From NCBI GenBank assembly GCA_964016885.1, contig OZ024746.1, positions 46,748,001-46,812,000 of the forward strand: DNA of 64,000 nt, in the 5' to 3' direction. The position numbers were made by a program, and so were the translations under genes. Of this stretch, positions 48,901 through 64,000 are shown in pieces. The stretch's first letter is position 1. Every line of letters starts with the position of its first letter. The DNA is from Eledone cirrhosa (Eukaryota). Below the pieces are notes generated by a model, which did not search any database, was not told where the DNA came from, and worked only from the letters and a program-made list of their open reading frames with translations.

Positions 48901-49367
48901 AAAGGCTCTACAGACACGGGCGCCCGGGTAGGGACCCCGCCAAAAAGATCTGTCCCAGATGCGTGTGCGACGAGGAAACCGTTGCACACGCATTGGTACA
49001 CTGCTCGGGCGCAGCCGATCTGTGGGGCTATGTCGAAAAACTGCTGTCAAGGGTGGGACCGATCCGGTTGACCACCGAGTCTATTGTAATGATCAAGCCG
49101 CCTCCCCCCTTCAAAGATGAAGCAGAGGCGGTGTTTCTGTGCGTAATAGCCATGGCGAAAGAGGTTGTATGGTGGACGCGTCTGAAAGGACTGAGGTCAG
49201 GCACCTTTCTCTCTGGCCAACAACTGGTCCGTTTCTTCCGATATCATTTCGGAAGAAGGATCAGGATGGAGAGAGAGGTGCTGCACCCCAGCCGTTTCTA
49301 TGAAAGATGGGTGACAGTGGCGAGAATGGCCCGTGTGAATGGGCCTTCACTCTACATCAGACTATAG
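45930..49367 (+). CDS. ORF2: APE endonuclease, reverse transcriptase and C-terminal zinc finger (~1145 aa)
   Basis: LNARGL, ICEAR, VGDWN, YLDRFLV, SDHKLV; PGLDGLPYE, FRPITLLN, LDQSKAFDRVDH, RQGCPLS, YADDV; CPRC...ETVAHALVHC. The frame is uninterrupted. Confidence 0.96.
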   Translation: MAMLRVGCLNARGLGSTWKQAMLLNDLRSQRIDVMVICEARISNVRQLAPTFDDFEMHASLCQPGGGGGVVVLLQKHLGLATQMVHMDPEGRLVVLDLGSGKGGAFRLVAAYGPFGSMRPDFFHRLETFLGTSRSLLLVGDWNGILDARWDYVGACPDREGCNSLKGLIGRFDLADRYRLDFPTAPTWTWANRSGSSRSYLDRFLVRIKDKDFLSCPKMRMVGYSDHKLVTCMVNLDRTHRQGPGYWKLNLSLPASRAYRNRISTLVKERLTGAIVNSRWWVSLKREIRVVSIEFSKVLAADRNRKERELIDRVEEAIRSGDVARVLASRTALSQFFDAKHEGCVVRSKIRALGNEGTKAVSWARVTEANSGTKSTIRSLRDLDGRAILEPKQMCEAFQRHFARLFGRGGEPVGNVDFGPYLAGLPRHSDREAKSCEEPISAAEIEDVLSQCGKRKSPGLDGLPYELYLAMLDLFPDLLEAVYCNWQQNGRIPCTVTKGVVTLVRKDENKGDEISNFRPITLLNTELQILAKVLAKRLALVVGNLVGDAQTCAIPSRSIHDNLHLMRYIIERVGNEPGFGGALINLDQSKAFDRVDHGYLDAVLAAAGFGPVFRGWITAMHSSRICSRVKVNGYLSEPFKIARSIRQGCPLSSLLYVLTLEPLLRKLELLQGIPLEPGLRKAVSAYADDVTVMVSTASEIEAVGTLLEEYEKFTGAKLNRDKSIGLQLGTWRGRPMPSDGVVGRWTEGPVKLLGVWFGPDLQVEKNWAEVTNRVFALTQKWASCKLSLKGRAEVANTYIASVIYYRLTVVPCPRETLTKMERALFQFLWKRRAPMVRRSICCQHPSKRGLGMPWLMMRKHALRLRHLYVFLTGQPVWASFVRRTFPRLVSLTELQSWVKQRPRKLGAWHTECAQALTALWQADPVISGDSTATFYRGLVRSRCDDALGEALDMEEDELASLFGRTFSPGPMDNFQKSLAWQCYRGALPVRERLYRHGRPGRDPAKKICPRCVCDEETVAHALVHCSGAADLWGYVEKLLSRVGPIRLTTESIVMIKPPPPFKDEAEAVFLCVIAMAKEVVWWTRLKGLRSGTFLSGQQLVRFFRYHFGRRIRMEREVLHPSRFYERWVTVARMARVNGPSLYIRL

Positions 49368-49628
49368 GTGAGGAAGATGAAAGACCAAGGGAGCACCCCT
49401 TCTCTGTGCTCCCGAGGAGAAGGGTTGCACACTTTTTTCGGGGGTGTGTGCGACCCCCCAAGGCGCCTCCTCTCTATTGAGGATTTTGTTAAAAATTTTA
49501 TTTTTTGTGATATCTTATTTTATTTTTATATTTTGTTATTGCCTCCTCCTTATTGAGGACGCCTTTTTGTGTAAACTCCCCCCTTTGTACTTGTCCCACT
49601 TTTGATGCCCTAGTGGCAAATAAAAGAA

Positions 49629-49700
<72 letters not shown>

Positions 49701-51299
49701 CTAAATATATATATATATATAGATATATATATAAACATAATGTTTACTTCAACAAAAGATTTCAAACCTTTTCGAAATCAATTTTCAGGTGTCCTTATTC
49801 ATAGCTTGATATTCATATATCTAAGATAAGGTTCAAACCATTTTAAAATTAAGGATAGTAATCACCAAAAGGTGACTTGTAGGTTTGTAGATTTAATTCG
49901 TCAACCAGGTTTAGCACCACGTCCCCCATGAGCATTTTATCGGAGCCTACTTTGTTGCAAACATAGGAGCTCTATTTCAGGTCTTGGGATAATTTCATCC
50001 CTTCGCCCAACTATTATCAAAAAACCTCTAAAAGGTCATAGGTTTTGTCCTTCTTATTGCCACAAAGCGATTCAAAACTGCAAAAGACATCATTTCCTTG
50101 ATTTAGATATATAGATTCCTCGTTTGAAATCGATCTAGGAACTGCCAGGAATATAATCACCTGATGATGCTCTTCGATTAAAAAGATCGAAAAGTTTATA
50201 TGTCAATTTTGTAAATATACACTGTGTGTTAGGAAAATTATAGCCTACTTAACAACCACTAATCTCAGACTTGTAGATATTTAATATATAATTTATAGAC
50301 TTCACTTATGAATATGTATCTAAGGTTAGTATTTTATTAATTCATATGAATGTATAATTTAGGCTTATACAAGTAGGTGCCAAAACCTTCTTCACTTAAT
50401 CTGCTTTCTCAAACTGTTCAGCAACCATCTGTTTATATGAGTGAGTGATGAAACGTTAAACCGTGAGACTTTCACATCCTATATATATACAATACAACTT
50501 TCTCCGGCTTAGCCTGTTCCCCCCCTTTTGGAACTTTCCCCCGTTGATGGGCGTGAGCCCGAAATATTGGGATTAAATCTCCACTACGGTAACCCTTCTA
50601 CCTTTGTTTTGTTTTCATTTTCATTTTCACTTTCTCCTATTTCTCACTCACTTCTTACCTCGAGATTTCCCATCTGCATTGTTGTGGCTTTCTAAACTAC
50701 ATATTTTACACATTTCACAATGCTTCAAGCAAACTTTAACACCCTCATATATATATATATACATATATATATGTATATATGTATGTATGTGTGTGTGTGT
50801 GTATATATGTGTGTGTGTAAGTATGTGTGTGTGTGTGTGTGTGTTTAATCCTAATACATGTATATATTCGAAACAATCTGAAATTTTATTACTTTAATAT
50901 TGAATTAAAAACGTTATCCGAAAGTTTGAAACGCGTATCAGAAAATCGGATACCAATCAAAGAGGAAATGAATCGATCCCACCGTATTTCATATACGGTA
51001 CTTAACGTTTATAATAACATTGAATTAATTCTAGCCATGAGAGTATTATTTGGTAGGTGGAAATTGTGCAGACGCTCGTCGGAGGTAATTGTCAGTGATT
51101 CGTTAGAAACTATTCAGAAAATGTTTTCAGGATTATTTTTATAGGAATTAATATCCAAGGATATTGTTATATATGGGGATGGTTATTTTGCCAATTTGGC
51201 CAATAAAAGCAAATACTGATTCGCTTTCAATTCAGCATTATTATAATTAGTTATTGGTTATTATCGTTTCTTTTATCTTCTCTCGTATGTTCTACTGAT

Positions 51300-52090
51300 C
51301 AGAATTAACCCTCTGTGCTGATAGGAACTGTAGTGTGTAAAGTAAACCCACAGGTAAACTGCAAATATAGGAATGCAGTCTGTAAGATAAGATGTACAAA
51401 GTGACGATGCAGAACCCCGAGGGCGACATATATAGGGGAGATAACCCGTAGCATAGGAGAGGGAATAAAAGAATACTGGGGAGAGGTCAAGGGAGAGAAA
51501 GGATCGTCAGTGAAATACCAACATGATAAACTAGAACATGGGGACACTATAGCTAAATAAAGGTCTTATCCCACATAAAACCGTAGAAAATCTACACATA
51601 AACTCGTAGAAAAATTAGGGAGACCACTAATATAATAGAAAGTAGACCGAGCCTCAACATAAAACACACATGGAATAGTAACACCCACCTCACTAACTAA
51701 CGACTGAAGACAATAGAACATATGAGGGAAAGAATGACATAGATACAAACAGTGGTATATAGAAACCCACACGCACTTGCCAAACACATAGACACACATA
51801 CAAAGGCACAGACACAAACATACACACAGACAAGAAAATGTACCACAGAAAGACATGAGGAAGTAAACAGAATAAAGCCAGAAAGAAAATGAAATACAGA
51901 GAAGAACAACAAATAGTCATTGAGGAGGTCACAGAATGTATGACGAAAGAGCTTTGGCGAAATAACCAACAACTAATATTAATAAAGCTAAAGTGAATGT
52001 CAACAGTGCGTGTGTTTTATTGGTGACATTGTCAAAATGACTATCCCCAAATATAATAATATCTGTTTCAACACAACACACGATTCCCCA
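51300..52090 (+). mobile_element. Degenerate 3' fragment of a PLE family 2 relative: GIY-YIG and pLTR
   Basis: NPQVNCKYRNAVCKIRCTK*RCRTPRATYIGEITRSIGEGIKEYWGEVKG aligns with 34161-34349. An inverted copy of its tail lies at about 51150-51260. Confidence 0.8.
51916..51958 (+). ncRNA. Minimal hammerhead ribozyme, decayed (C3U), homologous to 824-866
   Basis: gtca-TTGAGGA-g-gtcaca-gaatg-tatgac-GAAA-gagc-TT-tggc. Confidence 0.65.
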
Positions 52091-52260
52091 TCAAAACAAA
52101 TACATAAGCACAATATTCAAATGAGCTTTTGATTCCAGAGTCGGGCCAGATCGATATAGATCGAACCTAGATCTGAGCAACCGATTGCGTCACAACTCAT
52201 AACGTAATAAGCCTAGCACTTCGTCTATTACTCAATAAACGTAATAAAGCGCTAGACTTG

Positions 52261-57981
<5,721 letters not shown>

Positions 57982-58165
57982 TCTGTGGCGGAACTCACTA
58001 GATGCTGGATATGTGCCAGAAAACCTTCTATCCCAGTCTGTTGTCCCAGTTTTCAAAAAGGGAAACAAATCCCTTGCCGTGAATTACCGTCCAATCTCAC
58101 TCACCTCTCATATCATTAAGGTATTTGAGCGAGTGGTGAGATCGCGAATGACCCACTTCCTTGAG
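57982..58165 (+). mobile_element. CR1-group RT fragment running into the assembly gap
   Basis: [52 protein letters not shown]. Confidence 0.85.
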
Positions 58166-58365
58166 NNNNNNNNNNNNNNNNNNNNNNNNNNNNNNNNNNN
58201 NNNNNNNNNNNNNNNNNNNNNNNNNNNNNNNNNNNNNNNNNNNNNNNNNNNNNNNNNNNNNNNNNNNNNNNNNNNNNNNNNNNNNNNNNNNNNNNNNNNN
58301 NNNNNNNNNNNNNNNNNNNNNNNNNNNNNNNNNNNNNNNNNNNNNNNNNNNNNNNNNNNNNNNNN
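58166..58365. other. Scaffold gap (200 N)
   Basis: Run of N. Contiguity across it is unverified. Confidence 1.
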
Positions 58366-58453
<88 letters not shown>

Positions 58454-58581
58454 CGCAAGGGCAAATTCATTGAGTGAGCTAGACGTTGGCCGGAGGACGT
58501 TTACTTAATAACACCGATCTTCGTTACCTTTATAATTATAATGTATGTATGTATGTATGTATGTATGTATGTATGTATATG

Positions 58582-58907
58582 TTCTTTTGCTTCAGTCATT
58601 AGACTGCGGCCGTGCTAGGACATGGCACGAAGTCAATGGTTTCCAAACCAATACTAATTTTTCAAGTCTGGTACTCCTTCTAACGGATCATTCTAAAAAA
58701 ATTAACACAGATTCAAACGTAAAAACAAACCTGACAGACACATATTCATACACACACGCACTCAAAGACACACACACACACACACAATATCTGCTTCTGC
58801 AGTTACTGACTACCAAGTTGGAATCATAAGGTGTTGGTCAACATGAGTAGAAGACTCTTGCTCAAGGTACCATAAAGTGAGACTGAACGCAAGACCACGT
58901 GGTTGCG
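58582..58907 (-). mobile_element. SINE family C with internal (CA)n; related fragments at 24500-24635 and 60455-60495
   Basis: ttcagtcattagactgcggccgtgctagg and tagaagactcttgctcaaggtacc...gactgaacgcaagaccacgtggttg, a reverse B-box-like head. Confidence 0.6.
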
Positions 58908-58941
58908 AAAAATCTCTGTCTACGACTATATCATAAACATA

Positions 58942-58976
<35 letters not shown>

Positions 58977-59040
58977 CCTCACCATCCTCTCAGGAATAAG
59001 TGGGCAAAATCCTTGGTGCAATACTTGCTAATATTATATA

Positions 59041-59696
59041 TATATTATAATAGAATATAAAAGAAACACGAACACAGATATATAGATATATGTGTTCAAA
59101 TCGCAAAGGACCAGATTCGCTAAGGTGAAAAGAATACTAACTATAGACAATTGGGTTCGCTTGTCTCAATTTAAGAAAAAATTAAGAAAATAAATACAAA
59201 CCGGAATTGTGGTAACTACCAATCACCCAGACAACTTGTTGTTGTTTCGCAAAGTTAATTGTGAATAGAAATACTAATCCAAGCTCATCAGTGGGTGATG
59301 AATTAGTTTCCTAGACACATCTATGTATGCTATATATAAAATATAAAACAGCGCACATGGCATCCTAGCGAGTCTCACAAACCCACACCACTAAAAATAG
59401 CAGCCAGGTTTACTTGACATTTGAAATAGCTCAACAAATTAACGGAGCCGAATATATTAAATGTATATATTGAGTTAGGAACTCAAAATAGTCTCTTACA
59501 ATAAAATAGCTCTAAGAAAGAGATATTTCTGAGCCGTATATTATAATAGAATATAAAAGAAAAACGAACACAGATATATAGATATATGTGTTCAAATCGT
59601 AAGGGACCAGATTCGCTAAGGTGAAAAGAATACTAACTATAGACAATTGGGTTCGCTTGTCTCAATTTAAGAAAAAATCAAGAAAATAAATACAAA
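59041..59696 (-). mobile_element. ORF-less 496-nt HHR unit with 160-nt terminal redundancy
   Basis: 59041-59200 recurs at 59537-59696 with about 4 substitutions. One HHR lies between the repeats. TA-flanked. Confidence 0.88.
59222..59299 (-). ncRNA. Canonical type I hammerhead ribozyme
   Basis: Minus strand: atcaccca-CTGATGA-gc...gc-GAAAC-aac-aacaa-gtt-GTC-tgggtgat. 8-bp stem I and 5-bp stem III. Confidence 0.9.
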
Positions 59697-61100
59697 TATA
59701 TATATATATATATATGTATATTTAATACATTAACAGAGAAAGCTTTAAGCAATACTCCGACCGGCTTCCGTCTCACTCAACAAACATTAGGATATACCTG
59801 AGTATAATCCAAATTATACTTTTGGGGTGCTAACTATACGTATTTTGCGGATAGCCAGTTGTATTATTTTATGAGACATAATTAAATACACAGGGTTAGG
59901 CGACGACGACGACCAAGAAGAAGAAGAAGAAGAAGAAGGAGGAGGAGAAGAAGAAGAAGAAGAATGATTATGAAGATGATTATGGTGATGATGAAGAACA
60001 AAGAGGAGGTAGTAAAAGAGGAGGAGGAGGAGCAAATATAAAGCAAGAAAAATTTAAGTCTCCACAAATAAAAGAGAAGGATGCTTTGCTATGTTTCTAC
60101 TGCCATTACATAGTACCCGGTTGGTTCTTTAGACGTGTGTAGATGTGTTTCTTTGCCTGTTTATAGTTGTACTTGTCTGTGTGAGTGAATACATGTGAGG
60201 TTTATCTGTACACATGTACAATCATGCACATGTGTGTGTGTCTCTTTGTGGTGCAAAGTTTGACAACGTTGACGTGTTAACATGCCTTTCAGCATGCATA
60301 TGTTCCTAACACATATGCAAATGTTAAGCACGTGCATATATATATATACACACAGCAACGCATACATATGAGCGTATACACAGATATTAATCAATCTACA
60401 TCCACACGCTCACATGTTAGTATGTTCAGTTGAGGAATTTAACCTTTATATTTTACTGGTTTCAGTAATTGGACTGGGCCCATGCTGGAACACCTCTTTT
60501 TGCTGGAGTCTTATACATATACTTTCTTTTAAGAGAAGTATGTGTGTGTGTGTGTGTGTGTGTTTATAAGCATGTGTGTATTAATATAGCAATGTTTGTC
60601 GGGTAGATGTGTGTATGTACGTAATACGTGTATATAACTATGTGTATTTGTGTGTGTGTGTTTGCGGGGAATGGCATTTGTACAAATTTATAGGTGTGTA
60701 TGTGTGTATGTACATATGTATGCTCATGAGTTGGTGATCACATGCGAGTCTGTAACTACAAATTGTAGTTTTTTGTGTAGCCACGAGTCAACCAGCAAAT
60801 CTAGGACGAGACCAACTGTATTTTGGGGGAATTTATGCAATAATTTATCTAATGTGCCCTTCCTTGTTAAAAAATAAGATTGGTCTGATTTGAGCAAGAT
60901 TTCAGTCAGAGTGAGCTATTACGTGGAGGCTACCTTACTGGCTTGTGTGTCAACAGGTTGTGTATGTCTGTATATATATGTGTTCGTGATGTGTGTGTGT
61001 GTGTGTGTGCGTGCGCGCGTCTGTGTGTGTGTGTGTGCCAATCGAGTAATTATAAATGATTGAACACCTTTCCAATCATTCCTACCTACACATAGTCACA

Positions 61101-61277
61101 CATGCATACACACATAATTATGCAGCAATACATACACCTTCACACATGTATACACACATAATTATGCAGCAATATATACACCTTCACACATGTATACACA
61201 TAATTATGCAGCAATATATACACCTTCACACATGTATACACACATAATTATGCAGCAATCGACACACCTTCACACAT
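61101..61277 (+). repeat. Minisatellite, four copies of a ~44-bp unit
   Basis: Unit catgtatacacacataattatgcagcaatatatacaccttcaca. Confidence 0.9.
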
Positions 61278-61358
61278 TTCCAGACACGGACATTAACCCT
61301 GACTTTCGTACATATCACCCCAGACGAACTTTCTTTACGCTCTCCTTCTCTTTCTATC

Positions 61359-61399
<41 letters not shown>

Positions 61400-61604
61400 C
61401 ACACACACAACAATTTAGATCGTGTACTCTATGACTTTCTCTTTCACGAGAATTGTTTTTTCTCTCACACTCCAGTAGGTTTTAACACTTCTTTCACACG
61501 TTCAAATTTCTTCTCATTTCAATCACGTTTACAACAATTCCCACATTTGTTTTAATTAACTTTTAGACACACACGCACACACACTGACACACACACACAC
61601 ACAC

Positions 61605-61661
<57 letters not shown>

Positions 61662-62272
61662 TAACATGTGGAGAAGGAACACACGAGTGGAAATATATAT
61701 ATATATATGTAAATAGGGAGAAAAAACGATTATTAGGAAGAAAAAAATTTTTTTTTTCCTTTATATTTTTCTCTTTTTTCTGGGTTAGAAAATGTTTAAC
61801 TATGTGTGTAGTGTTATGGTATTTGTTAATTTATTTATTAATTAACAATAGCATTTATTTATTTAATAATTATCAATTGATATATATATATACATATCTC
61901 TATATAAAATGTTGTATATACTCTACTAATGTATTGAGTATCATACTTAGTGTGGTTATCGCCGTTTGAAGCCGGGACTCACACATATGAATATATATAT
62001 AGAGATTTTCTTTTCAAATATATATATATAGAGAGAGAGATTTTTTTTTTTTTTCTTTGATAATGTTGGAATCCCAAATACAGAAAATAAAGATATCAAC
62101 AGTCGATCGCTATAAATAATGGCTCAGAAAATCGGGTCAAGTTCAGCTAGAGACGGACAAACGTGGCAAGTAGCCGCTACGGAGAATCGAACTCAAATAT
62201 CGTACGAGTGTAAGAGATATAAAGAGTACCATACTCCGTAGTAACTGCCGACACTCTTTTCTGTCTCTCAGG

Positions 62273-62407
62273 ATATTTCAACCAATTTTCTAAGCTATTA
62301 TTTATAGTGATATCCTGCGTTTGGGATTCTCACATTTTCAAATTTTACATTCACCCAGCGCTACAATAATTTATTATATATATATATGCGTGTGTGTGTA
62401 TGTGTAT

Positions 62408-62443
<36 letters not shown>

Positions 62444-62570
62444 ATACACATACACACACGCATATATATATATAATAAGTTATTGTAGCGCTGGGTGAAT
62501 GTAAAATTTGAAAATGTGAGAATCCCAAACGCAGGATATCACTATAAATAATAGCTTAGAAAATTGGTTG

Positions 62571-62576
<6 letters not shown>
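62273..62576. repeat. Palindrome with ~140-bp arms centred on (TA)n
   Basis: atatttcaaccaattttctaag...tgtgtattatgt / acataatacaca...cttagaaaattggttgaaatat. Confidence 0.95.
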
Positions 62577-62613
<37 letters not shown>

Positions 62614-62929
62614 TATATAAAAATATAAACTCCATTCCAGTTTGACGGCTGATGGGCGAAGATATGTTAATATGTGTTAATACCCTGTCGTATTTGTCCG
62701 CGTCACCGCTTTTGTGCCGATATTTAGGCAACGTTCAATATTTGAAAGCACGTGTGAATAAGAGTACAGTGACGATTGAAAGTTTTGAAAATAGAATTAG
62801 AAGCTTTCACCAAAGACATAACAGCGAAGTTGTTTTCTCCCATGGGTAGGACAATTAATATCCTTCAAAATAACAATAAAATATCAAGAGGAAGCAAAAG
62901 AATACTATAACCACACACAGTTTAGCAAA

Positions 62930-63290
62930 TGGGTCAGTTATGGAGATGGGTCCCATTGAAGTATTGGAGAGGTGTGGGGAACTAGTTCGTCTTTTCAAAA
63001 TAACAATAGAAACATTAGTTCCGGATTACAATTTTTTTTTTTATATTTGATACTCAGCTAATGAAATGCTATTCGAAGAAGGCTTTCTATTTACTGAGCG
63101 TTTGTCGCCCCTAGAATTGTTTCAATCAAGAAAAACGGGTTGGGTTAGAAATATTGAGAGTGTTCTGCTAAAAATAGATATTTATTTACCAGAAAATAAA
63201 CAAGTTACATTGATTTGGTTTTGTTTACCAGACTAAACAGATATTAGGGGAAACAGGAAAGCAGATGACTTAGTAAAAGAAGGAGCACAC
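62930..63290 (+). pseudogene. Decayed RNase H domain, probably from an I-group LINE
   Basis: SYGDGS (cf. YTDGS), FLFTERLSPLE (cf. IFTDSLSAL) and LIWFCLPD*TDIRGNRKADDLVKEGA (cf. WIPGH.GI.GNE.AD.LAKEGA), in the expected order. Confidence 0.6.
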
Positions 63291-63651
63291 AATGAAATAA
63301 TAGATACATTCCTAATTTATAAAAATCAATTCATGCATCAAAAACATAATTTGTCAAGGTACTACTATGTGTTCAGTTGCAGAAGCTCTCTGTCTGAGAA
63401 AGAGAACATTTTATATGTTTTTTGGGGTTTTTTTAACAAAACATGCTCAGATAGGAAGTGCAAAATATTGTCAAGGTCTCCCATTCATTACCTGGTGACT
63501 ACGAAAAGCTTCAACAATAGAAACATTTAGTTGCTTTATAGCTGGCCATATTTTCAGTTTTCATATTTTTGTCTTTTTTGTCTTTTTCGCCTTTTGTTTT
63601 CTCCCTGTCCATCTCTTGTTTTTGTTTCCCATTTATATGGGGCTTTAAACA

Positions 63652-63692
<41 letters not shown>

Positions 63693-64000
63693 TAAAGTTA
63701 GTCCTTCATCAGTGATCTTCCAACCATCATTGGTATTTCATCGCTTTAAAGACCATATACCTCCGGTTGGTGCGAGAAACGGCTAAAAAAAGTCGTTGAG
63801 ACACGTAAATAAAGGGGACACAAGAGTGTAAACAAACAAAGATGGTGAAGCAACGAAAAGTGAGGAAGAAGTAGTCAAGTCCCAAATTTCCATGAATATA
63901 AGTTCGGTGAAATCGTGAACGAGAGAGAATAAAGACCATCAAACCTGGTTGGAATGTGAGCAAGGAAGGAATTCCGTACAGGTCTAACGGGAGGAAGAAG

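Larger units (their letters stand above)
44695..49628 (+). mobile_element. Tx1/L1-clade non-LTR retrotransposon, 5'-truncated, inserted in (ATCT)n
   Basis: Two ORFs and a 3' UTR ending aataaaagaa. (ATCT)n tracts at 44626-44694 and 49629-49700. Confidence 0.93.

Noticed and set aside
46382-49050. Alternate-frame and antisense ORFs within Tx1 ORF2
   Set aside because: Expected shadow ORFs of GC-rich coding sequence.
61101-61277. CRISPR-like periodicity
   Set aside because: A plain tandem minisatellite with no unique spacers and no cas genes, in a eukaryotic context.
63690-63720. CTGATGA on the minus strand next to (TA)n
   Set aside because: Only the 5' half of a core is present. The remainder is not visible in the window.

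Overview
AT-rich, microsatellite-dense eukaryotic DNA. The SINE and repeat content suggests a cephalopod such as an octopus (inference). I found no convincing host exon, and the long Tyr/Ile ORFs are (TA)n artefacts. Coding-derived content is all retroelement: one Tx1/L1-clade LINE with an intact ORF2 sitting inside an (ATCT)n tract, three Penelope-like element (PLE) remnants, two CR1-type fragments, RTE and RNase H remnants. There are also many tRNA-SINEs, kb-long degenerate (TA)n arrays and a 200-N gap. The main result from reading both strands is a dense set of type I hammerhead ribozyme (HHR) motifs: about a dozen largely unrelated sequence contexts in 64 kb. Most have a palindromic minimal stem III and several have non-canonical cores (U3-A8, U4C, U4G). 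Three lie in the 3' ends of PLE remnants. Three others lie in ORF-less, terminally redundant units of about 433, 496 and 501 nt inserted in (TA)n, which look like genomic copies of circular, retrozyme-like RNAs. Seven fold-back inversions abut (TA)n tracts. All folds were made by eye and need computational and biochemical confirmation.
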